Of a stretch of DNA of 40,073 nucleotides, positions 1 to 8,610 are shown piece by piece. This DNA comes from a virus (Duplodnaviria; Caudoviricetes). Within the stretch, counting starts at the first letter, position 1, and the number at the start of each line of letters is the position of its first letter. The translations under genes were made by a program, and so were the position numbers. The notes beneath the pieces were generated by a model. That model had not been told where the DNA came from. It searched no databases and was given only the letters and a program-made list of their open reading frames with translations. The DNA lies in the IMG/VR virus record IMGVR_UViG_3300017700_000511, positions 1 to 40,073 of that record; one strand, written 5' to 3'.

Positions 1-123
1 GCCGCGCAGTTACTAAATCCGCTACTTTGCCTCGTCCTGCATCAGGTTTGCCTGCGGCGAACAGCGCAGGACCTTGGGGCCATCGCGATCTACACCGCAG
101 CCCAGGTGCAGGCCATGCTTGCC
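1..123. repeat. Terminal direct repeat / assembly overlap (copy 1)
   Basis: Identical to 39951-40073. Confidence 0.97.
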
Positions 124-207
124 CAGGGACTCGCGCCGCTGACGGATGAGCAGCATGATGAAATTTGGGAGCGGTTGAAGTACCAGGGTGAAGAAGGGTG
201 TTGGTAG
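1..207 (+). CDS. 3' part of the Lar-like Zn-finger protein starting at 39696 (wraps the origin); stops at TAG 205-207, frame stays open to TAA 268-270
   Basis: In frame with 39696 (255 nt to 39951). Confidence 0.65.
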   Translation, partial: AAQLLNPLLCLVLHQVCLRRTAQDLGAIAIYTAAQVQAMLAQGLAPLTDEQHDEIWERLKYQGEEGCW

Positions 208-399
208 GTTGACCCAATGGAGTACGGGAAAGCTGTCGAGCACGCCCACGGCATCAAAGCCGCCCAATAATCCTGATGCAGTACGCCACAGCTTCGGACT
301 TGGCGATCTTACCCTGGTATTTCAGGCGTGCCCGGTAGTCGGTCAATGCAGCGATTACGGCGGCGCGCTCAATCATTCACATCTCACAAAAGGAAAATC

Positions 400-588
400 A
401 TGTACTTCAAAATTGCGTTCTGGTCCTGGTTGATTTTTGGAGCCGTTGGTGCCCTGTTTGTTTTGTCGGCAAAGGACGACGGGCCGGTAACAGCCCTTGA
501 TGCGATTATTTGGGCCTTTGTTGGGGCATTTATCGGACCAATTTTGGCAGTCGTGTTTCTGTTGGCCCAGATCAAGCTGAAACGCTAG
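400..588 (+). CDS. Small two-TM membrane protein (62 aa)
   Basis: AAGGA RBS before ATG 400; two hydrophobic segments. Confidence 0.75.
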   Translation: MYFKIAFWSWLIFGAVGALFVLSAKDDGPVTALDAIIWAFVGAFIGPILAVVFLLAQIKLKR

Positions 589-669
589 TCAATCATCGCT
601 TGGCGGCTCTGGCTTCTTGGGTAGCCAGTGACCGAAGAGGATTAGCCACATCGTGAAGGGGTTCATCAT
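589..669 (-). CDS. Possible 26-aa peptide at end of lysis operon
   Basis: ATGA overlap with i-spanin stop; MMNPFTMWLILFGHWLPKKPEPPSDD. Confidence 0.4.
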   Translation of the reverse strand: MMNPFTMWLILFGHWLPKKPEPPSDD

Positions 670-1154
670 TTTAAAGCCCTTTGGACGTTGATCCACTCCT
701 GAAGCCCGACGAGGCGGGCAGCGGTGGCGTGACAGGTGCCGTAATTGCTGACAACGGTTTCGGCAACGGTTCGAGCTGGGACGGGGGCAGCATCAGCGAT
801 GGCGGTGGATTCGGAAACTTCGACATTGGCAGCGGCTGCATCGTGGAGCAACCTGAAACCGCCAGGCATAGGGCAATCATCAGCTTTGACATAAACGGGA
901 ACCTTTTCAATGATGGTTTTCGTGATTGTTCTGATGCGAACTTGTGCAACTTCCTGCTTTTCAGCAATTGGTGCCTCGACAGCATCGCGCTTTTCATCGG
1001 CTTTCTCGGCTTGCTTTGCGTACTCAGCCTGAGCGCGCGCGTAGCCGATGGCCTGGCGCGACTCATCCAGCCGCCAGATGCCAAGCGCCAAAGCTGCAAT
1101 AAACGCACCGTAGAGCAACCAACGACCTGGATTTAGCCATTCGAGTGGATTCAT
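666..1154 (-). CDS. Rz: i-spanin (Rz-like)
   Basis: N-terminal TM helix then coiled-coil; last large gene of lysis cassette; contains an embedded lipoprotein frame. Confidence 0.85.
   Translation of the reverse strand: MNPLEWLNPGRWLLYGAFIAALALGIWRLDESRQAIGYARAQAEYAKQAEKADEKRDAVEAPIAEKQEVAQVRIRTITKTIIEKVPVYVKADDCPMPGGFRLLHDAAAANVEVSESTAIADAAPVPARTVAETVVSNYGTCHATAARLVGLQEWINVQRALK
671..892 (-). CDS. Rz1: o-spanin (Rz1-like lipoprotein), embedded in Rz
   Basis: MSKLMIALCLAVSG-C lipobox followed by Pro-rich mature part, in an alternative frame. Confidence 0.85.
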   Translation of the reverse strand: MSKLMIALCLAVSGCSTMQPLPMSKFPNPPPSLMLPPSQLEPLPKPLSAITAPVTPPLPASSGFRSGSTSKGL

Positions 1155-1531
1155 ATCATTCTTTCTGAATAGGCCACCATCAAATTTTGGGCTATTTGTT
1201 GAATCGAATAAGCTTCAAACTCGGCCGATGGCTCATCCTCGCCAACGCAATCACAATAACGCTGGAATACATGGACCGCCTCATGTACGAGCAGCGAAGC
1301 AATCTGAATCCCTGTTATTCCTGGACGTGGGCGGATGGCAATCACACACGTTAACTGCCCATCTTTTGGAGTGAACCAATGTGTTGTTGCATCCGCATGT
1401 TCTGTTTTTATCCAAGCCGGTCCTTTTGTCACTGCCAACCCGAAACTCTTCAGCACTCTAGAGAATTCTTTTTCTGACAAAACAAGCGCTAGACGTGGGC
1501 CGGTGATTAGGCTTCTATCTAACCAGCTCAT
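1151..1531 (-). CDS. HExxH zincin-like protein
   Basis: LVHEAVHVF motif plus downstream EFEAY; ATGA overlaps with both neighbours. Confidence 0.7.
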   Translation of the reverse strand: MSWLDRSLITGPRLALVLSEKEFSRVLKSFGLAVTKGPAWIKTEHADATTHWFTPKDGQLTCVIAIRPRPGITGIQIASLLVHEAVHVFQRYCDCVGEDEPSAEFEAYSIQQIAQNLMVAYSERMI

Positions 1532-2013
1532 GCCGCAGCCTTAGCGACGAAATCGCGCGCTTCCGCATGCAGCGTGGCCCAGGTTTCTATGTGGGGTCTG
1601 CCTGGCTTCCAGTTGCGCAAATATGTGTCCCACGAACCCAGAGCATCGGTCACTTCTTGCAGCGCGCGCGGGTCTGTCAGCAACAGCAGTCGGGCGAAGC
1701 CAGCCGCCAGAACATCATCATTCTCCAGCGCAGTCCAGACGCTCATATCGTCAGGGTTGACGCGGCGCTCGGCGCAGAGCCGCCGCGCCTTGGCCTTGCT
1801 GGTCTGGTGATTCAGAACGCCATGAACACCGCCGCCACGCTCCATTTGCCAAAAACTGCGAGCTGGACCATTGCCCATCTGCCGGCGCCACTGGAATCGG
1901 CTTTCTTGCAGGCCAATCGCCAGCACTTGAACGCGGGCCTTTGCTGAGTCCTGCACGCCAATTATTTTGATGGCGGGTAGGTAGGCATCACGGATGATTT
2001 CATCGAGCGTCAT
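1528..2013 (-). CDS. Endolysin (lysozyme-like fold)
   Basis: IGLQES...GPARSFWQME...WKPGRP motifs; lies between holin-like genes and spanins; GGAGG RBS. Confidence 0.8.
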   Translation of the reverse strand: MTLDEIIRDAYLPAIKIIGVQDSAKARVQVLAIGLQESRFQWRRQMGNGPARSFWQMERGGGVHGVLNHQTSKAKARRLCAERRVNPDDMSVWTALENDDVLAAGFARLLLLTDPRALQEVTDALGSWDTYLRNWKPGRPHIETWATLHAEARDFVAKAAA

Positions 2014-2270
2014 TTCTTCCACCTCCAATGCAGCGTTTTAACGAAAGATCCGATAGCGTAAAGCATCAAGGCCGTGGCCAAAACCGGCTCGTGCGGGTAG
2101 CCCCAGCCGTGATCCCATATCAGATCAATGCGCCAGACCGACCAGAACGCCAGGATGGACAGGGCGACACGCTGCAGCAGATTGGCGTTGTAGTTCATGC
2201 TGAACGCACCCGCCGCGCAGGCCGCGAACAACAGCAAATAGGCCGCGCAAATGTAGGTCGAGATCATCAC
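2010..2270 (-). CDS. Holin/antiholin-like membrane protein (3 TM)
   Basis: Three hydrophobic segments, basic C-terminus, directly upstream of endolysin. Confidence 0.6.
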   Translation of the reverse strand: MMISTYICAAYLLLFAACAAGAFSMNYNANLLQRVALSILAFWSVWRIDLIWDHGWGYPHEPVLATALMLYAIGSFVKTLHWRWKK

Positions 2271-2587
2271 TCGCCCCCCTTTGACGGCAGGCCAAGACGG
2301 GAACGGATGAACTCGCGCACGATGCTGGTCAATCCCAGGTCTTGCCAGGTTTTAAACACGCTGTCCACAACTGACATACCGAAAAGCCCGACAAGGAAAC
2401 CGGCCAGACCCTCCCCCATGTTGAAAAGGTTCGAGACATGAGGTGCGCCGTAGTAGCTGGCCGCAGAGCCCAGCACCATCATCGCAATGCGGCGCGGCCA
2501 TGTGCCTTTGATCCACAACAGCGCGCCTATGCTGCCGATGAGACCCGGGGCCAGCTTTTCCAGCCCTTGGAATTGTTCGCTAGGCAT
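2267..2587 (-). CDS. Holin-like membrane protein
   Basis: Gly-rich TM helices (GFLVGLFGMSVV), first gene of lysis cassette. Confidence 0.65.
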   Translation of the reverse strand: MPSEQFQGLEKLAPGLIGSIGALLWIKGTWPRRIAMMVLGSAASYYGAPHVSNLFNMGEGLAGFLVGLFGMSVVDSVFKTWQDLGLTSIVREFIRSRLGLPSKGGE

Positions 2588-2643
2588 CAGTGAGCCGCAC
2601 CAGATTGATTGCAAGTTGCCATGAGTGCCTTTCTTTGGGCGTG

Positions 2644-2662
2644 AAAAAACCGCCGGAGCGGT
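2644..2662 (-). terminator. Rho-independent terminator after the lipoprotein moron
   Basis: AACCGC-TCCG-GCGGTT followed by T-tract. Confidence 0.75.
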
Positions 2663-2668
2663 TGGAAT

Positions 2669-3538
2669 TTAGGGGGTCACAAGGTACTCATAGGGCGTGC
2701 CGCCGAGCGGGTTTATATCTGATTCAAGCTGCTGTTCGATGGCCCCGATGTAGAGTCCCCATGGCATGACTGCCTGCACATCGTACTCGCCGCGCATTGC
2801 GGCATCAATCACTGGGCGCTGCAAGTTCGCATGCGCAATGCTGACTTCAAGCGGCTCAGCATGGCGGGCGAAGGCTTGCCAGATGTAGCCGGTCATCCCG
2901 TTGAAGCCGAGTGCCCGGAGTTTTGCAACGTTGCAGCGCAGGACATTTTCAAGAATGTTGTTGCCGTAGCTGCAACCGTAAAGCTCATTGCTGATGCGGA
3001 TAGACGGGTACACATCAAGCGCAATGCCATCGAGGTATGGAAGGATGGAAGCATCAAATCCAGGGTGCATCACGGTGTCAGGGAAATACGTGGCAAGCAC
3101 CTTAAAGCCAGCAGCGCGGATCAGCTGTGCAGCCTGTATTACCGCAGCCTTTTCTTCGCATGGCGCGTCGAGTGGCATGCGCAAGCAAAGCTCGTCGTAC
3201 ACGTAGACCCACTCAAAGTTCGGGTACTTCTTTGCTTCTGCCAGAAGCACAGGTAGGCGGTCAAGGTGCCACTGAGTTTTTCCGCCAACCGTCAAGATGA
3301 CGGCAGAACCCATGGCCGCTTGCTGGGCTACATCAGTAACAACATCGGGCAGCGGCTGACCAGACGTTTTGATTCGCATCTGTGCGTCATAGCCAACGGT
3401 AGGAATGGTCCGGTCACTTGGCTGCGCGTAGATTTTCAATGGCTGAGCCGCACTGGCCACCTCGCCGCCACCGCAAGCAGTGATAAACGCCACGGTTACG
3501 AGTGCAAACGCAAGTTTCAGCATGTAGGATTTTTTCAT
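2669..3538 (-). CDS. Lipoprotein with glycoside-hydrolase-like TIM barrel (moron)
   Basis: Lipobox FITA-C; WVYVYDE, DGIALDVYP and YIWQAF segments resemble clan GH-A barrel strands. Confidence 0.6.
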   Translation of the reverse strand: MKKSYMLKLAFALVTVAFITACGGGEVASAAQPLKIYAQPSDRTIPTVGYDAQMRIKTSGQPLPDVVTDVAQQAAMGSAVILTVGGKTQWHLDRLPVLLAEAKKYPNFEWVYVYDELCLRMPLDAPCEEKAAVIQAAQLIRAAGFKVLATYFPDTVMHPGFDASILPYLDGIALDVYPSIRISNELYGCSYGNNILENVLRCNVAKLRALGFNGMTGYIWQAFARHAEPLEVSIAHANLQRPVIDAAMRGEYDVQAVMPWGLYIGAIEQQLESDINPLGGTPYEYLVTP

Positions 3539-3563
3539 AGTGATGCTAGTGTATATTAGATGC

Positions 3564-3758
3564 ATGATCCGCACCAACACTTATTTATCGAATCCGTCTG
3601 TTTTTCACCTAAAGGAACTGGCAGGGCAAACCGGAATATCCGTTTCCGAGCATGTCCGCCGCGCCGTGGACCAGTACCTTGAACGTGAGCGCAAGAAGTC
3701 ACTGTCTATTGAGAAAGCAGCCCGCCGCCAACTGCCATGCCTGGCAGCAAAAGACTAG
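3564..3758 (+). CDS. CopG-like ribbon-helix-helix regulator
   Basis: MIRTNTYL...LKELAGQTGISVSEHVRRAVDQYL is a typical RHH pattern. Confidence 0.85.
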   Translation: MIRTNTYLSNPSVFHLKELAGQTGISVSEHVRRAVDQYLERERKKSLSIEKAARRQLPCLAAKD

Positions 3759-5775
3759 GTGCCAGCGGTTGCTTGGGTTGATTTGCCAGCAGCCCCGGAA
3801 GGATGTTTTCCGCCTGACGCTGCTGTAGACTGATATTGATGTTTCTGAGCGCAGGTCCGACCATAGGGCCAACTACCGGCATCTTGTTCAACAGATCCAT
3901 GCCACGCCCAAGCAGCAGGGCGCCAGTGTTGCTGTTATTCACCGCTGATCCCATGGGCTGGTTCTGCATGTAGCTCGCCACGCGGCCGGTCGCCCGTAGT
4001 TGAGCTATTTCCTCCGGACTGAAAAACATCGCCAACTTTTCTTCGCCAATCTTGTTGATGGCTGCATTGAGTCGTGATTGAGAAACCTTGCCGACTTCAT
4101 CCGCAGCGCCGCTGAGTGCCTGCTTTTTGATGTGGGTGGCCAGGGCATCCCGAATCATTGGAGCGCCTTGTGCGCCGACTTCGTTAGCCACCGCGCGTGC
4201 ATCATTTACGGTGCCATTCAGGATGAAGGATTGCGCGATCTTTTCCGGGTCGGCCGTGCGCGCATCTGAAAGCGCCGTGCGCACCAGTGGCGAGCTGTCT
4301 TGATAGCGGTATTTGGCCGCAGTCGCCGCGCGCGCCTGGTTGATTGAGTTGATGGCGTCATTGGGCTGAGCATCAATGCCGCGCAACTGAGCTGCCCAGT
4401 CTTGCGTGACCGGCACCGACCCAATATCGCGACCTGTTTGCGTCAGTGGGCTGATGGGCGTGGCGTCTAACGCATTGATGGCCGTTCGTGCGGCTGCCGC
4501 CTCATTGCCGCCTTTGGCAAGCTCACCAGAAAGCAGTGAGCGTAGGTTTTTATAGTGCTGAGGTGTGAACGGCTGCCGGCCGGTCTGAAAAGCCGCCATG
4601 TAGTCGGTGATTGGCTTGGCGATGAAACCCATTTGCCCCTCTTCACCTAGCGCCCGATTGATGGCATTCAAGCCATCGGGAAAGATTGGCTGTTTGTAGC
4701 CTGGCGAGGTTTTGGCGGCATCCCATGCGCCTTGCTCTGCCGCACCCAGCGCCGTATTGGTGGCGTTCACGCGGTCCTGCACCATCCGGCCGACCACAAT
4801 AGGTGCCGTTTCGCTTCTGGCTCCCAGGTCATTGAGCCGGCCAATCAGGGTGGCATTGTTCTGGTTTTGCATCATCGGCAGGCCATGCAACTGGTCATCT
4901 GCCGAGTTCGCACCCATCTTAGCCAGATTCTGCTCGCGGGTAATCTGCACTGGGTTTTGCGAAACCATGCCGCGCGTCGGCGTTGCACCAACAGTGCGGA
5001 AGTCTGCCAAGCGCGCTGCGGCAAGTGGGTCAACCTCGCGGCCAGCGCGCAGCGATCCCGCAAGTTCATTGCGCAATTGGCGCTGAACCTGAGGCGCGAG
5101 CTGGCTGTAATCCGTTCCTGCCCGTTCCAATACCGCGCTCAGTTGAATGTCAAGTTGTTGCGGACTCAAGGCTGGAGTCAGCATTTGGCGCCCAGCATTG
5201 ACCGCGCTGGCGATGCCACCAGGGGCCAGGCCACCCAGAACACCACCAGCCAGAGACGCGGTGGTTTGCGCCAGCGCCCCGCCGCCCGCCTCCTTGGATG
5301 CACCGCCCGCCAACCCAGCACCGGCCGCCGCGCTTAGTTGTTGTGTGGGGTTGGCCGCCAAGCCGGAAGCTACCGTTCCCGCCATCCCTGATAGGCGGGA
5401 AGCCGCTGCGCCGGCCGCCCCAGCCATGCCGCCAGCGCCAGCTACGAGCCGAGCCGCATCGCCGATGACGCGCTCATACGGATCTTGGGGTTGCGGTAGG
5501 CCAATCATGTCGGCCAGCCCGGTAGCCATCTCTCCGATCGATTTTGTCTTGATTCCAGCCGAGCGCATCAACCCGGCGATAGGCTCGGTGACAATCTGAG
5601 CCGCCTGAGCCGGACCTTCCAACGCATAGCGTGCGGTTAGGCCGATCTGGCGCGGAATATCAGAGAGGCCGCGGTTGATGGCTTTACCTGCCGTGACAGT
5701 CGCGGGCTGATAGTCCAGCCATGGACCTTCTGCGCCAGCCTTTTGCGGCTGGTATTCTTCCCATGGTCCTGCCAT
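3706..5775 (-). CDS. DNA ejection/transfer (internal virion) protein
   Basis: Large Ala/Gly/Gln-rich helical protein with N-terminal GPW repeats; last gene of virion block. Confidence 0.7.
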   Translation of the reverse strand: MAGPWEEYQPQKAGAEGPWLDYQPATVTAGKAINRGLSDIPRQIGLTARYALEGPAQAAQIVTEPIAGLMRSAGIKTKSIGEMATGLADMIGLPQPQDPYERVIGDAARLVAGAGGMAGAAGAAASRLSGMAGTVASGLAANPTQQLSAAAGAGLAGGASKEAGGGALAQTTASLAGGVLGGLAPGGIASAVNAGRQMLTPALSPQQLDIQLSAVLERAGTDYSQLAPQVQRQLRNELAGSLRAGREVDPLAAARLADFRTVGATPTRGMVSQNPVQITREQNLAKMGANSADDQLHGLPMMQNQNNATLIGRLNDLGARSETAPIVVGRMVQDRVNATNTALGAAEQGAWDAAKTSPGYKQPIFPDGLNAINRALGEEGQMGFIAKPITDYMAAFQTGRQPFTPQHYKNLRSLLSGELAKGGNEAAAARTAINALDATPISPLTQTGRDIGSVPVTQDWAAQLRGIDAQPNDAINSINQARAATAAKYRYQDSSPLVRTALSDARTADPEKIAQSFILNGTVNDARAVANEVGAQGAPMIRDALATHIKKQALSGAADEVGKVSQSRLNAAINKIGEEKLAMFFSPEEIAQLRATGRVASYMQNQPMGSAVNNSNTGALLLGRGMDLLNKMPVVGPMVGPALRNINISLQQRQAENILPGLLANQPKQPLAPSLLLPGMAVGGGLLSQ

Positions 5776-7415
5776 TATTGTTGCTCCCAATTCGCTTGAT
5801 TGGATGGGTCGCCACCCTTGAACTTGTAGCCACCGCGCACCATTCCCTTCATGGCTGTTGGCGGTGGAGTTGCGCTGCGTGCAGGCTTATCGCCAAAGTC
5901 ACCAGTGGCGCCGCCTGAACTGGCATAACCACCATTTAATTCAGCATACTTGGATTGCAGAGACTTCAACTCCTGCGCTGCCGCCAGCCGCTGAGAAATT
6001 GGCTTGGTGCGGTCGCCAACGGTGCCGGCCATGATGCGGTACTGCGCCACATCCTTGTCAGACTGCGGTCCTTCCATGCGCGGGACATTGGCGGTCATCC
6101 AGCCCGATAGGGTATCCAGTTGCGAGGCTACGTCAGCGCCCTTGGTCGAGCCGCCAAAGAAATTGGCCGTGCTATCCATCAGTGATCCGGCACCGCTCGC
6201 AGTTGGCCCCTGTTTCAGCAGATCAATTGCCCGGTCCACACCTGCCGTGAGCTGCCCATAAAGTTTTCCGGCCTGCTGCTTGCTGCTGTCTCGGCCAACG
6301 TCAGCTTTAGCTGTATCGACCAGCCGCGCCTCATTGGCCTTTGCCTGTGCCGCCTCGATCTGCGAAGGACCGGCCGCATAGTTGCCAGATTGTGGCGCAG
6401 GCTGCTGAGCACCATTCGTAGCCATTCTTGTCGGCGGCAAGTTCGCTGCTTGACGTTGCAAATCTGCCATGTGCGCTTGAAGCATCGCCTTAGATGGCGC
6501 GTCCAGATTGGCTTGCATCATGCTGTTTTTCGTTGCTTTTATCTCACGCGCCAGGGCGGCCGGGTCTGCGCCCATGTCGCCGCCTGCGGTGGCGCGCATC
6601 TGGGCGTCGTTGGCGTATCCTGGCGAGGCCTGAGAAGCTGGCGCGCCGCGCTGCCCGCCGACTACCGCCCCCTCAGTGGTGAATTCCTCACGACCCGTCT
6701 GCGGATTGAATACCTTGATGGGCGTGTTGGCCGACTTGATGCCAGCCTGAATACCCTGGTAAGTGCCGAAGGTTTCTGGCGCGCCGCGCGGAGCCGAGAC
6801 TATTGGGTTCCCATCTGAGCCAATCTGAACTTGCGTAGCCTTGCCGTCATTGCTGATGTTGAGTTGAGGCAGATAGCCAGCGCCCATCTTGTTTTTGTCA
6901 TAGGCGTAGCCGTTAGACACTTGAATGTCACGCGCCCCATGCTTTTCAAGCATTGCAGCAATGCCCTTGCCGCCATTGAAAACCATGTCCGACTGAATGG
7001 CCTGGTCCGGAATGCCGTATTGCCGAGCCGCCTGGATTAGCGAGGATGCCGATCCATTGCCGCCGCTGGCATAGCCGCCGACGCCTGTAGCCGCTCCGGG
7101 AGGCGCAGAGGTCTGCCCGCCCGTGGCTGGTACGGCGTCCTGGGCCGGAGCACCTCCGCCAAACATCGATTCGATCAAGGCCTGCTGGCGCGCATCCTTC
7201 ACGCCGGCCAGCTTGCGCGCATCAATCTCGCTGGAGTAATTTGCCAGTTGCGCATTGAGCAGCTTGTTTTGCAAGCCCTGCTGGCGCACCGCCTGCATGT
7301 TGCCCAGCCCCGCAGCCAGCCCAGCGCCGCCACGCGCGGAGAGCAATCCTTGCGCCAGCCCCATCATCATTTGACTTTGCGGGTCGTCAAATCCATCACC
7401 AAGCAATCCTGCCAT
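5775..7415 (-). CDS. DNA ejection/transfer protein
   Basis: Gly/Ala/Gln-rich; C-terminal GYKFKGGDP..NW motif; position in block. Confidence 0.7.
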   Translation of the reverse strand: MAGLLGDGFDDPQSQMMMGLAQGLLSARGGAGLAAGLGNMQAVRQQGLQNKLLNAQLANYSSEIDARKLAGVKDARQQALIESMFGGGAPAQDAVPATGGQTSAPPGAATGVGGYASGGNGSASSLIQAARQYGIPDQAIQSDMVFNGGKGIAAMLEKHGARDIQVSNGYAYDKNKMGAGYLPQLNISNDGKATQVQIGSDGNPIVSAPRGAPETFGTYQGIQAGIKSANTPIKVFNPQTGREEFTTEGAVVGGQRGAPASQASPGYANDAQMRATAGGDMGADPAALAREIKATKNSMMQANLDAPSKAMLQAHMADLQRQAANLPPTRMATNGAQQPAPQSGNYAAGPSQIEAAQAKANEARLVDTAKADVGRDSSKQQAGKLYGQLTAGVDRAIDLLKQGPTASGAGSLMDSTANFFGGSTKGADVASQLDTLSGWMTANVPRMEGPQSDKDVAQYRIMAGTVGDRTKPISQRLAAAQELKSLQSKYAELNGGYASSGGATGDFGDKPARSATPPPTAMKGMVRGGYKFKGGDPSNQANWEQQ

Positions 7416-7424
7416 GATTTTTCC

Positions 7425-8609
7425 TTACATTCCGATGGATGCGTTATAGCCGGGATAAGGCTCACTATTTCCATAGCTGCTGCTACCACCAAACCCCAAG
7501 TTTTTGCCAATTTGCGCACCGGAGAGCGCACCACCAACCATGCCATTGAAACCACCGCCCTGCTGGCCGGTCTGTGTATTGGTCGCGCCGAAGCCGGTAT
7601 AGGGGCTGATGGCTCCGTTGGCGTTGTTGATGACGCCAAATGGTGCGTTTTGCTGGGTGTTGCCTATTCCGTAGATGCCCTTGCCTTGGCTAAGCATGCC
7701 AGCGTTACCCTGGCCAAACAACTGAGCGCCAAGGCCCAATTGCTGCAAGTCCTGCCCTCGATTGGTCGAGTAGAAGTTTTGCATCTGGCCCTGATTCGTC
7801 AGCGCCGCATTCGTGTTGGTGTTGTAGTACTGGAGATTCCGGTTTTGGCCGTTGGTCCAGTCGGTGCCGTAGAGATTAGCCAGATTGCCTTGCAGCGTGT
7901 CTTGTGCATTTCCGATGGCCGTACCCTCGGCAACGCCCTGGCGCGATCCACCCAGGCCACCAGTCGCCACGGAATTGCCACGGATTCCATTCAAGGCCGA
8001 TCCAAGAGCCTGATTGCTGCGCCGGCCAATGTCATCGGCCATCGACGAGAGGTAGGGATTTGGGCCGCCGCCCTGGCCGCCGGACGATCCGCCGTAGGAG
8101 CCAGCGCCACCAAAGCCGAGATTACTAGAACCGCCACCTCCGCCGGATTGACCGCCACCCCCCGACGCATTGCCACTACCCCAGCCGCCACCATTGCCCT
8201 GGGCGCCCAGTCCGCTAGCGTAGCCGGGCTTACCGTACGATGCACTCCCTGGGCCATAGATTCCGCCCGGAGCGTAGTCCTTTGGCGAAACAGCTGCGCC
8301 CGTAAAAGTTCCTGCACGCATCGCGCCTATCGATGCTGGGTCTTGTTCCTGAGCCCAGGCTTGATAGTTGTTGACGTTTGCGCCATTAGGGTTGTACTGC
8401 TGATAGCGCTGGAAATTCTGCTGAACTGCGGCGTCACCCGTCGCATTGGCCGAACCAGCAATGCCGCGCCCCTGCATTGCCAAATCACGCATCTGGCCTT
8501 GGTCCGTCATCCCGTTTTGCTGCAAAAACTGCGAGTCGTTCCCGCCGCCAGCATAAAACTGTTTGATCTGGTCGTCAGAGTAGGTCTGACCGCCTATAGT
8601 CATTGGCAT
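7425..8609 (-). CDS. DNA ejection/pilot protein
   Basis: Gly/Gln/Asn-rich with GGLGGSRQGVAEG motif. Confidence 0.7.
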   Translation of the reverse strand: MPMTIGGQTYSDDQIKQFYAGGGNDSQFLQQNGMTDQGQMRDLAMQGRGIAGSANATGDAAVQQNFQRYQQYNPNGANVNNYQAWAQEQDPASIGAMRAGTFTGAAVSPKDYAPGGIYGPGSASYGKPGYASGLGAQGNGGGWGSGNASGGGGQSGGGGGSSNLGFGGAGSYGGSSGGQGGGPNPYLSSMADDIGRRSNQALGSALNGIRGNSVATGGLGGSRQGVAEGTAIGNAQDTLQGNLANLYGTDWTNGQNRNLQYYNTNTNAALTNQGQMQNFYSTNRGQDLQQLGLGAQLFGQGNAGMLSQGKGIYGIGNTQQNAPFGVINNANGAISPYTGFGATNTQTGQQGGGFNGMVGGALSGAQIGKNLGFGGSSSYGNSEPYPGYNASIGM

Positions 8610-8610
8610 A

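Noticed and set aside
205-207. Genome-wide TAG recoding
   Set aside because: Core genes are intact in the standard code, TAG ends other genes, and no suppressor tRNA was seen.
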